A stretch of DNA of 64,000 nucleotides from the NCBI GenBank assembly GCA_950097015.1, contig CATNEN010000008.1, positions 3,410,001-3,474,000 of the forward strand, written 5' to 3'. Positions 1 through 11,848 of the stretch are shown here, piece by piece. The notes under the pieces were generated by a model, which saw only the letters and a program-made list of their open reading frames with translations, did not search any database and was not told where the DNA came from. Position numbers and translations under genes: made by a program. The stretch is from Macrostomum hystrix (lineage: Eukaryota; Animalia; Platyhelminthes). Positions within the stretch are counted from its first letter, which is position 1; the number at the start of each line of letters is the position of its first letter.

Positions 1-1345
1 TACCTACAGTTCATTTGACGTCTAGAAAGTGCGTTAGTAAATGCTATTTATTATAAGACCTAAATTATTTTTAGCTAATAATATTATATTATACAATAAC
101 AATATATAAAAACAATTATTTTACGAGCATTCGATGCACGATTAAAAAAAGAAGCTTTCTTCGTTGTTTAAAAAGTTCCATATGACCAAGAATATGTGCG
201 TTGACTTATTATAACATTAACAACATCGTTTTGCATCAAAAAGCTCAAAATTCTTAAAGAAATCTTTCTGTACTAGTCAGATTAAATTTATTTTTAACTT
301 GATAGCAAGCAAATTATTTTTAACGATTCTATATCGCATCAATAGGATATTTAAATACAAGGAAATGCGCAGCTTTTTTAATGAATTTAAGATAATTAAA
401 GTCACCTTTCTTTGTCTAAAGGGACAAGATAAAGACATAATTATATACTATTATTTTTTTAAACATTGTTGAGGACCTTTTAATTTTTAAGCTTATTTTG
501 GACTCAATATTTAATTTTAGAAATATTTATGAAATTAATACTTTTTTTGTAGTATCAGTTTGTAGGACAGTTTCACAATCCCGAAACTATTTGTAAATGG
601 AACGGAAGGCTTCTTCTATTGGCTTACTGTTCGATTTTATTCAGTGATTTTTGTCTCATATCTTATTATTTTATCCTCACTTAGTAGTTTGTACTAAGTT
701 ATATAAGCCGGCCATTATATATTGTGACTTTGTGTCTTTCTTGTCTTTCGAATATGGAAGTACCTTATGTAAAACTTTGACGCTGTTTCTAAAGAACATG
801 CAGCTCATTTATCTTGGTAAGCATGCAGTGAAGTATTTTTTACTATTATTTGTTTTGTTTTCTTTTTTTTAGTTTATGGTGACTTTAAAACAAGCAAAGT
901 AATATTCTTTTTATGTATATCTTACAAGATTTGCAATTACCCACGTTAATATAAAGTAATAATAAATAAGTGGTGCATACTTTTGATTTTGTAATGCAAG
1001 TTAGTTTTTACCATTTTAGTTTTGCAAGTCAAAGATGGGCTGAAATGTACATCACCGTCTCGTGCAATTTATTTCAGCCAAAATGAAATTACTTTGATTT
1101 GAAAGTAACTTCACCATTTTTGTGCTTTGCTGCTAAATGATGCTTTGATGCTAACTATGAAACCTCTCTTTATTTAGCTGTTGTGGATATATTTGCGACC
1201 CATTTTACAACTTCTTAAATACATCCATATACCTTAATTAAAGTGCAAATATCTGTGACTGTAAACTAGAAAACAAAGATGTTTGTCTTAGCCGCATATA
1301 ACAGACCACTTATGCATGAATTTTTACTGTCTCCCTTGCAGTCAA

Positions 1346-4300
1346 ATGGCCGAAATTTCAATCGGCATTGACGTATCGGGCGGCGAAGCTCGCAAAAAGA
1401 AACGCTCGTCTCGTCGCGCCACAGGCGATGAGGGCGAGGAAGCTGCCGAGAGGCGGCACCGACGGAAGAAGCAGTCTGGAGACGCTGAGGGCGCCGGCGG
1501 CGACGGTGAGAGGCGCAAGAAAAAGAAGAAGAGCAGCCGCGAAAACGAGACTCCCGAAGAGAGAGATGAGCGACGTCGCAGGCGACGGGAGAAAAAACAG
1601 GCAAAGGAGGCTGCTGCTGCTGCTGCAGCGGCGGCGGCAGCGGCTGCCGCAGGCGTGGCTCCAACTGCAGGTGACAGCGAGGACGATGACGACGACAATG
1701 AAGATCAAGACTTTCGGGGAGGGGCCGGCTTCACTCAGCCAATTGCGGCTTTCCGTCCGCCGCCGCCCCCGTTGCCGCAGCAGCCGCCGCCACTGAGGGC
1801 TCCGGCCCCAGACTCCGAGTCCGAGGAAGAAGCTATGGGGTTCGACGAGGAGCCGCCGAGGCGTCAGCAGCCGCCGCCACCGCCGCCGCCTCCCGCGCCA
1901 AAACCGAAGCCGAAGCCAGCTGCAAAGCCTCATATTCCACCGCCCGCATCGCCATCGCCCCCTCCGCCTCCGCCACCGCCACCCCAGCCGCAGTACTATG
2001 CGGCCGAAAGTGACCCAGAAGATGACGACATTGAAGTTAACATCGACGAGAGCGCCAGACGGGTTGTAACACCACCGTTGCCGACTCCACCGCCACCGCA
2101 GCAGCAGCAGCAGCAGCCGCAGCCAAATTTGGAGCAAGGCTACAGCGACGAGGACGAGGACGACTACCGGCCTCCGAGGTGGCAGCGGCCACAAACGCCG
2201 ACTCCGCCGCCAACTCCGCCGCCTCCACCTACGCCACCATCGCAGCCGCAGCTACCAAATCCCGCCAATCCACATGATCTGCACCGATACCTGGCCGCCA
2301 CCCTGGACGAAGACGGCGGAAGTGATGTTGGCTATAGCCCCGAGCCGTCACAGCGCCAGCCGCAGCAGCCACTCATTGAGCAACATGATGCGCCGTCATA
2401 TGCCCAGGGCTTGGTGTCAGCCTTCGACCGGCCCGACAGACAAACATCGTCAGTTGGCGGCCCTGGCGACAGACAGTCGGGGACTATGTCGCTACCTCGA
2501 GAGGATCCAAATCAGCAGCCGCCCATACCTGAAGGCAAGAAGCCGGGTGGCGGACTTCTAGGTCGCCTGTTTGCCTCGTTCCGTCGAGGCGGCTCTACAA
2601 AGCGCAAAGGTTCCAGCGCCTCGGCCAAGAAGGCTCCGGGAGCTTCTACAGCTGCTCCAGTGGCTGCAGGCGTGCCGTCCTCATCGGGTCAGTCGGCCGG
2701 CCTGGGCGAGCATGATCGGTGGAATTCGAATCCGGGTCTGTTCAATGCCAACGATACACCTGGAAATACGTTTGACCAGCGATTGCAGCAACCGCAACAG
2801 CCCGTAGCTCTTAGACAACCTGTTCCGGGAGTCAGACCACTAGCCGACACTGAGGTTCGCGTCATTCTACTCGATGGCGAAGAGATAGGCGTGCCAATAC
2901 CGCGTAAGGCCACTGGTGGCGAGTTGATGTCCCGAGTCTGTGAGCATATTGACTTGCAGGAGACCGACTACTTTGGTCTTACGTATGTTGACGGAAAAGA
3001 GCGCATGTGGTTCTGGTTGGACAGCGAGAAACGCGTTCTAAAGCAGTTAAAGCACTGTGAGAATCGTATGTTAAACTTCCAGGTAAGCCAAAAAATAACT
3101 CACTTTACGATTTAGAAAGAAACCTGAAATGTTTTAGGTGCCAATGATAGTAGAGTGTTGCGCACATAAAATCTGAAATTGTGAGCGGTTTTACGTGAAT
3201 GAGGCTCTCTACGTTCTGAGTTTAGTCCTTCTTTTAATCAGTTTTTTGCTCTGATGTTTACTGAAATATTTTTTTTTAGAAATTTAGCATTCAAGATGAC
3301 CATAGTTTACTGAACCAAAAATTTATTAGAAAAACTTTTATTTTATCGCCTCTGCTTGTTGTCTTCTATTTTTATTTGCTACTCGTAGTTTGTTACAAGC
3401 TGATGCCGATCTGCTAAATCAGTTTTCTCATTGTCAGCTCTCTAGCTTTGGAAATAGTGTTTTTCTAGTCATATCATCTTATAAGTGAAATTCCTCATTG
3501 AATGTCAACTAAACTGATCGTTTTTATGGCTTGATTATCGAAGTACATGTATGAATTATTTCCGTTTAAAATTTCAATTGCCTCCTGCCATGCAACAGTA
3601 TGATGTGATGTTTCCTATAGTATTGATACAAACTGTATGTAGCTTTGTAAAGGAAAGAATTCTTACAGTCGTGAGCCTCAGAGGCTCTCTAATGCTTCTC
3701 TTTCCTCACTCTACAGGTAAAATTCTATCCACCTGAGCCGAACATGCTAATGGCGGACGTGACCCGCTACCAACTTTGCCTACAAGTGCGACAGGACATC
3801 TATACTGGCAAACTGCCGTGCACTTGGGTTACTCAGGCGCTGCTGGGCTCATTTCAAGTTCAATCAGAGCTTGGCGACTACGATCAGGCCGAGCACGGCG
3901 ATATTGAATCCGTGGACTATTTGCAAAATTTCGAATTCGTGCACAATCAAACTCCGGAGCTAGTTAAGAAGATCGCCGAACTGCACCGCGGTCACAAGGG
4001 CATCACACCTGAGGTGGCCGACCTGCGCTATCTGGAGACGGCTCGCCGCCTGGAGTTCTACGGCGTCGATCTGCACCCGGCCAGAGATCTGGACGATGTC
4101 GACATCACGATTGGCGTTTGCTTCGGCGGAGTTCTGGTGTACAAAGATCGCATGCGAATTTCACGCTTCGCTTGGCCAAAGATTCTGCGCATCTCCTACC
4201 GAAAGAATTTGTTCTATTTGAAAATTCGCTCAGACCTGTACGAGAATGTCGAAGCGGTGGTTGGCTTCAAGATGATGAATCATCGGTTAGTTTCTCCCGT

Positions 4301-5891
4301 GTGTCCATGAGATTTTGTCAGTTAAATTAGATTGTTATAAGTGCCTATGCTGCTAATCTATTTGCGAGTCTTACATATGCATGCAACTCGCAATCTTCAG
4401 GTGGGCCAAGCGTCTCTGGAAAATCGCCATCGAGAATCACTCCTTCTTCCGTCTGAAGGAGGTTCAGCTAGAGAAGTCCAGCAGTAAGCTATCGCTGAAC
4501 TTCATCCGCGGCAGCAGCAGTCACCGGTTCTCGGGCCGCACAATGCACCAGTACCGCACTGAGGGCGGCACCATGCGCCAGTCTGGCACCTTTGATCGCT
4601 CCCTGAGCAAACGAATGTCTGCCAGCCTGCCCAGCTTGAAGGGCTCGCAGTACGGCTCATTCCACAGCCTAAACAGGTCGCATCCGAGAGACATGCGGCC
4701 CCAGGCCATCAGCGGAGGCGGCGCCGCTGCGGGAGGACAGCCTCCGATCAGGCCAGCTGGCAGGACTGCCAGCGTCAGCGTTCTGCCGACAGCGGCGTTC
4801 AGTCGCGGCGACAGGCTGTCGGTGAGTTTCCCGTAGTCACCTGATGGACTCAGGATAGCTGAGCACCTGATGGATTCAGGATAGCTGAGCACCTGATTGA
4901 CTCAGGATAGCTGAGCACCTGATGCACTCAGGATATCTGAGCACCTGATGGACTCAGGATAGCTGAGCACCTGATGGACTCAGGATAGCTGAGCACCTGA
5001 TGGACTCAGGATAGCTGAGCACCTGATGGACTCAGGATAGCTGAGCACCTGATAGACTCAGGATAGCTGAGCACCTGATGGACTCAGGATAGCTGAGCAC
5101 CTGATGGACTCAGGATAGCTGAGCACCTGATAGACTCAGGATAGCTGAGCACCTGATGGACTCAGGATAGCTGAGCACCTGATGGACTCAGGATAGCTGA
5201 GCACCTGATGGACTCAGGATAGCTGAGCACCTGATAGACTCAGGATAGCTGAGCACCTGATGGACTCAGGATAGCTGAGCACCTGATGGACTCAGGATAG
5301 CTGAGCAACTGATGGACTCAGGATAGCTGAGCACCTGATGGACTCAGGATAGCTGAGCACCTGATGGACTCAGGATAGCTGAGCACCTGATGGACTCAGG
5401 ATAGCTGAGCACCTGATAGACTCAGGATAGCTGAGCACCTGATGGACTCAGGATAGCTGAGCACCTGATGGACTCAGGATAGCTGAGCACCTGATAGACT
5501 CAGGATAGCTGAGCACCTGATGGACTCAGGATAGCTGAGCACCTGATGGACTCAGGATAGCTGAGCACCTGATGGACTCAGGATAGCTGAGCACCTGATA
5601 GACTCAGGATAGCTGAGCACCTGATGGACTCAGGATAGCTGAGCACCTGATGGACTCAGGATAGCTGAGCAACTGATGGACTCAGGATAGCTGAGCACCT
5701 GATGGACTCAGGATAGCTGAGCACCTGATGGACTCAGGATAGCTGAGCAACTGATGGACTCAGGATAGCTGAGCACCTGATGGACTCAGGATAACTGTTG
5801 CTGACTATGAGAACATATCAAGAGTTCTGTGCCATTCGACCATCCTTTCCAGACTCGCTCATCATCAACTGCCAATGACGACCTGCTGTGA
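1346..5891 (+). CDS. EPB41: Protein 4.1/coracle-family FERM + FERM-adjacent (FA) domain protein with a long low-complexity N-terminus (~921 aa). Exons 1346-3082, 3717-4285, 4401-4821, 5853-5891
   Basis: Translation gives typical 4.1-family FERM motifs (VILLDG, LQETDYFGL, FWLDSEK, VKFYPPEP..RYQLCLQVRQDI, LEFYGVDLH, FAWPKILRISY, AKRLWKIAIENHSFFRL) and an FA motif (HRFSGRT..FDRSLSKR). The GT/AG junctions keep phase (0, 2, 0). The last short exon (TRSSSTANDDLL*) is the least certain, and orthology within the 4.1 family is not resolved. Confidence 0.88.
4838..5793. repeat. 26-bp minisatellite (CACCTGATGGACTCAGGATAGCTGAG), ~37 copies, in FERM intron 3
   Basis: Tandem periodicity read directly; starts 16 bp after the donor at 4822. 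Confidence 0.97.
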
Positions 5892-7307
5892 GGGTGCAGT
5901 TCCTGTTGTTTCTACACCGATTCGAACTTTGAACAGGTGATTTTTTCGCTTGGAGAATAACTCTGTTTAACACTTCCCATGCACTTTTTAAACCAAAGTG
6001 TAATCATTGCTACTATATAAGTACTCTGGGAAGCGCTGAACTGACCGCAGCTCCTGTGGTGCTGCAGACTAAAAAATATTCGCTAATTAATTTACCAGTT
6101 TGTTTCTAGCCACTGTCAATATGCTCATAAAACTCCTAGGTGAAAGAGAAATTAACAAAATTTCACTAAATCGTAGTAGCTTATTTACAAAGAAATAGTC
6201 CTTCCCTACATAGGTCTCATAGACTTTCCTGTTTCCGGTTCTGATATGTCATAGTTGACTCATAAGCGAATTCTGTTTTCATCGCGTTTGCCAAGCTTTA
6301 TCACATACTTCTAAGCCGTGTCGAAAAGCTTTAAAAAGTTATTATAAAGCATGTACCAAGTGTTGGTTCTAGCTATATTTGCGGTGTTTAAGGCTTGCTT
6401 ATTTATTGTTTTTACAAATGCTCAATCAAGGTGCTGTGGTTTTCTCTCATAGCTTTACATTCCTTTTATTCATCATCTTACTAATTTTGATTATGTTTAC
6501 ATTTGATATGTCGATTTTATATTTTAATAGTTTGCGCCTAAATTATAATTTACTAAAATGTGATAGATGTAAAACACATCCCTTTTTTAAAGTGTTGTTA
6601 CCTACGGATGTACTAATCCATTTATTTTAGAAGTCGATAACATGTTTACAGCCCATTTAGGAATACGAAATTATCAGAAAATATGCGATTCTGACGCTGA
6701 CAAAAGAGAGTAGTCTGATGCGCAAATGTTGTTATTTTACACATTCCTGCTGTGATTCTTTTAAAATTATTTTGTTTGTAGTTCAGAGAGTTTCACGTAA
6801 AAGCTGCTTCCATTTTTAACTTATTTAGTTTTTTAATTCTTTTTCGGCTGGTCCTGATGAAGCAAGTGTACTATTTATCACGCCTTCTAAAGTACTGACT
6901 TTTCTTTTTTCGCTTCACACTAAGCCTTAAATTGTACTGCTTTTTTCTACTAAGTTTTTCGTTTTGTTTGTCTCTGTGTGACAGAGTTTTCCTCTGCAGG
7001 CTCCCGTCCCAAACTCATTACGTCATCTGTTTATTAACCTGCATGGCTGCCATCTGTGATTTACCACCAAGACTCGCCAAGTTCTATACCCGGAACATTT
7101 TTTGCGAATTTCTCAACCCCCCTAAATCTGGCCAATCAACGAACAATAAAGTGCCTTGAATTTTCTCTAATCTAAATAAAATCTGTTTGAGCAAGGCTAG
7201 TGAGATAATTTGTAGTTCATGCGAAACGAGTTTCAGCCACTGAAACTTTCATTAATTTCTGCGAGCTAAAATAATGTATTCGACATATCGTTTGCACTCA
7301 TTGTTTT

Positions 7308-9118
7308 GGAGATGGAACCAGGTAGCTGAGCCACCAGCTGGTCTGTATTAGGGAGATGGAACCAGGTAGCTGAGCCACCAGCTGGTCTGTATTAGGGAGA
7401 TGGAACCAGGTAGCTGAGCCATATTAGGGACATGGAACCGGGTAGCTGAGCCATATTAGGGAGATGGAACCAGGTAGCTGAGCCATATTAGGGAGATGGA
7501 ACCAGGTAGCTGAGCCATATTAGGGAGATGGAACCAGGTAGCTGAGCCATATTAGGGACATGGAACCAGGTAGCTGAGCCATATTAGGGAGATGGAACCA
7601 GGTAGCTGAGCCATATTAGGGACATGGAACCAGGTAGCTGAGCCATATTAGGGACATGGAACCAGGTAGCTGAGCCATATTAGGGACATGGAACCAGGTA
7701 GCTGAGCCATATTAGGGACATGGAACCGGGTAGCTGAGCCATATTAGGGAGATGGAACCAGGTAGCTGAGCCATATTAGGGACATGGAACCAGGTAGCTG
7801 AGCCATATTAGGGACATGGAACCAGGTAGCTGAGCCATATTAGGGACATGGAACCGGGTAGCTGAGCCATATTAGGGAGATGGAACCAGGTAGCTGAGCC
7901 ATATTAGGGACATGGAACCAGGTAGCTGAGCCATATTAGGGACATGGAACCAGGTAGCTGAGCCATATTAGGGACATGGAACCGGGTAGCTGAGCCATAT
8001 TAGGGACATGGAACCAGGTAGCTGAGCCATATTAGGGACATGGAACCGGGTAGCTGAACCATATTAGGGAGATGGAACCAGGTAGCTGAGCCATATTAGG
8101 GAGATGGAACCAGGTAGCTGAGCCATATTAGGGAGATGGAACCAGGTAGCTGAGCCATATTAGGGAGATGGAACCAGGTAGCTGAGCCATATTAGGGAGA
8201 TGGAACCAGGTAGCTGAGCCATATTAGGGAGATGGAACCAGGTAGCTGAGCCATATTAGGGACATGGAACCGGGTAGCTGAGCCATATTAGGGAGATGGA
8301 ACCAGGTAGCTGAGCCATATTAGGGACATGGAACCAGGTAGCTGAGCCATATTAGGGAGATGGAACCAGGTAGCTGAGCCATATTAGGGAGATGGAACCA
8401 GGTAGCTGAGCCATATTAGGGACATGGAACCAGGTAGCTGAGCCATATTAGGGAGATGGAACCAGGTAGCTGAGCCATATTAGGGAGATGGAACCAGGTA
8501 GCTGAGCCATATTAGGGACATGGAACCAGGTAGCTGAGCCATATTAGGGACATGGAACCAGGTAGCTGAGCCATATTAGGGACATGGAACCAGGTAGCTG
8601 AGCCATATTAGGGACATGGAACCGGGTAGCTGAGCCATATTAGGGAGATGGAACCAGGTAGCTGAGCCATATTAGGGACATGGAACCGGGTAGCTGAACC
8701 ATATTAGGGAGATGGAACCAGGTAGCTGAGCCATATTAGGGAGATGGAACCAGGTAGCTGAGCCATATTAGGGAGATGGAACCAGGTAGCTGAGCCATAT
8801 TAGGGAGATGGAACCAGGTAGCTGAGCCATATTAGGGAGATGGAACCAGGTAGCTGAGCCATATTAGGGAGATGGAACCAGGTAGCTGAGCCATATTAGG
8901 GACATGGAACCGGGTAGCTGAGCCATATTAGGGAGATGGAACCAGGTAGCTGAGCCATATTAGGGACATGGAACCAGGTAGCTGAGCCATATTAGGGAGA
9001 TGGAACCAGGTAGCTGAGCCATATTAGGGAGATGGAACCAGGTAGCTGAGCCATATTAGGGACATGGAACCAGGTAGCTGAGCCATATTAGGGAGATGGA
9101 ACCGGGTAGCTGAGCCAC
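7308..9118. repeat. 32-bp minisatellite (GGA(G/C)ATGGAACCAGGTAGCTGAGCCATATTAG), ~56 copies, with 44-bp variant units at the ends
   Basis: Tandem periodicity read directly. Confidence 0.97.
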
Positions 9119-10039
9119 CATCTGTACTGTATTAGCAATAAGTTTCAGCCAATCTATTTATTATCTTCTAAAGCATTATGAGTTTATTTTGAAATGCTAA
9201 ATTCTTTTATATTTATTTATATCGAGGCTTGCAAAAGTTAAGCAGAATTTCGTTAAAGTAAGTTTCACATTGAGGACTTCAACTCAATGCAGTTTGAAAG
9301 GGAAAAATGAAGCTGGCGACTTGTGTCAGTGCTGTAAAGCCTACACACTTTCACAGGCAGACTAAAAATAAGATGCAGCATCTTCTGTGTGGGAAATGAA
9401 ATATTCGCGAAGGTTTGGCAAAACAGGCTTGTGATGCAACCCGCATAAAACCTGGCTAAAAGTACACACTGAAATGAAGCTGAAAAAGCTGCAAAGTTTG
9501 GAAATTAAAAAGATCGGCCAGAAGCAGACAGATAAAACTAAGATTTGTGTGTGGCGGTTAAAACTCAAAACAAAACTCACCAGTCAATCAAACAGTAAAA
9601 CCAGAGAAAACAGGCAATGTGCTCTGCAACCCGGACTATATGCTCACTCAAAGGTTCGGTCACAAAGTGCGCAGAACAATTCTAAAATCGATGAGAGCAG
9701 ATTGACTAGCTGAATCACTCACTGAGGTCTAACATTGTTTCCTTTAAACAATTCAATGTCTAGCATTCAATTAAGCTGTCAGTCAGTCAGCCTACAATGA
9801 GTCAACCTGAGCTCTCACTATTAAATGAAATCAGATGGGATAAAAAGCAGGATAGATTTTCGGTGCGAACTGTACAAAAACCGAATGCTAACAAGTAAGC
9901 TATAACAAACAGAATGGCAGTAAGTTCTTGTTATTTGAATTAATTGTTGAAAAGCAATCTTTGAGTTGACAAGCAGACACCAATTTCCTATCGGATGCCA
10001 AGTACGCAAGATCTTTACAAAACTGACGCAGGTCCTGCT

Positions 10040-11289
10040 CTACTGCATTCGAGATTCCATCATTGGTGTGCTGCTGTTATTGTTGGCTATGAACTCCGCA
10101 ATGTACCGCACCCTGGGCTGTTGCAGCGCTGTTCCCAAACAAGTGGGACTCGAACCGTTGGCTGAACAAGCCGCAGCGACAAACGAAGGAGTCGCTGAAG
10201 GAAAGTCCGGAGTTAAGGGGCTCGCAAACTGATTTGGCTGAGGCAGCTGATAGCGATTGCTGTGCTGCTGCTGCTGCTGCTGCTGATAAGCCTGAGAATT
10301 GTAATAGGAATAATAGGACATGTAGTGCTCGTGACTCGGGTGTTGGTACAGTTGCGATAGTTCATGCTGCTGCTGTTGGTACCAAAGCTGTTGCTGCTGC
10401 TGGGGCAGAGGACTGTCATATTGTGATGCTTCTTGGTGCAATGACGGGTCATTGGCTTCGACGGCAGCTACTGCAGCTGCGGCTGCGGCGGCTGCGGCGG
10501 CGGCTGCGGCCGAGGCTGCAGCGGCGGAGGAGCCAGAGACAAAATCTTGCGGTCCGTAGTCGACCTTGCGGACGCGCTTGTCCTTGGCTCGTCGGTTCTT
10601 GAACCAGATCTGGCAGAAAAAGTTTTAAAGGTTCGATTTTATGCATGCATTTCTTTGAACAAGTTCACTTCCTTGCTTTGCTACCCTCTATCCCCTCCCG
10701 ATACCCTCTCCCCTCCGCTACCCTCTCTCCCCTCCCGCTACCTTCTCTCTCCTGCGCTACCCTCTCTCCCCTCCCGATTCCCTCTCTCCCCTCCGCTACC
10801 CTCTCTCCCCTCCGCTACCCTCTCTCCCCTCCGCTACCCTCTCTCCCCTCCGCTACCCTCTCTCCCCTCCGCTACCCTCTCTCCCCTCCGCTACCCTCTC
10901 TCCCCTCCCGCTACCCTCTCTCCCCTCCCGCTACCCTCTCTCCCCTCCCGCTACCCTCTCTCCCCTCCCGCTACCCTCTCTCTTCCCTCAACCCTCTTTC
11001 CTACCCTAACCCTACTCACCAGCGCTTTCCTGTAAGGAATTCCCACGGCCCTGCTGAGCGACTCGAGCTGCCGGTAATCCGGGTATTTGAACTCAAGAAA
11101 CAGGCGCTCCAGTTCTGTCTTCTGAACGGAGGTCAGGTTGGCCCTGCGTCGTTTTAAAGTGCCTTTAGGTGTCACCTGGAATGCCGACGCTGATGATGAA
11201 TTTGAAGCTGTCGACATTAACTGGACAGGTGGAGCAGCAGCTGATGGGTTGTAATAGAAACCGTGCGGCATATCTGCGGTGCTCTCCAT
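10040..11289 (-). CDS. Divergent PRD-class K50 homeodomain protein (~279 aa) with poly-Ala and poly-Gln tracts. Exons 11289-11020, 10609-10040
   Basis: Splicing (CTG|gtgagt ... ctgccag|ATC, phase 0) reconstitutes a 60-aa homeodomain LKRRRANLTSVQKTELERLFLEFKYPDYRQLESLSRAVGIPYRKAL|IWFKNRRAKDKRVR. R5, Q12, L16, F20, YPD and WFKNRR are present, and the intron falls between codons 46 and 47. Confidence 0.88.
10680..10985. repeat. ~19-20-bp pyrimidine-rich minisatellite (CCCTCC(C)GCTACCCTCTCTC) in the homeobox intron
   Basis: Tandem periodicity read directly. Confidence 0.9.
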
Positions 11290-11848
11290 ATTTTATTTGC
11301 TGTCCTTCGTGGCAGTTTTAGTCGCGTCGTGGGCTGACAATGAACGGCTAGCACCTTGCACGCTTTCTGAGCAATCTAGTAGAATTCACCTTGTTTTCAC
11401 CGATGCATGTATATCCTGGCCCTATTCGTATTGCACCCGTTTACTCAAGACTTTGACTACTTTGGTGAAGCGGGCGTTAGGGTGGGTGGACTGTCATTCT
11501 CGGCATCAGCCAATCAGAGCGATTTTCGTAGGGTAGACATTTTTAGCATTGGCGCTGAGAATGTTAAAATCAATATTTAACTATATCAGGAGAGCAAAGT
11601 AGAAACGATAGACAATTATTGTACATGCGTGCAGAATGGAAAATCCATATTGTTCATTTAGTTCAGAGTAATAAAATTTACTTTCATAAATCATTTGATT
11701 ACTAATAGGTTAGATTTGAAGCCAGGTCATTTGAAACCAAAGCGGTGTGGGCGCTAAAGTATAAGACGAAATTGGCTGCTAAATAGGAACGTATTATAGT
11801 ACTTAAGACAGAGGATATCTCTCAAGGATAGGGCCAAGACAGGGATAA

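Noticed and set aside
1-1300. AT-rich region with a 73-aa ORF (651-872)
   Set aside because: Low-complexity hydrophobic ORF typical of AT-rich non-coding DNA; probably intron or upstream sequence of the FERM gene.
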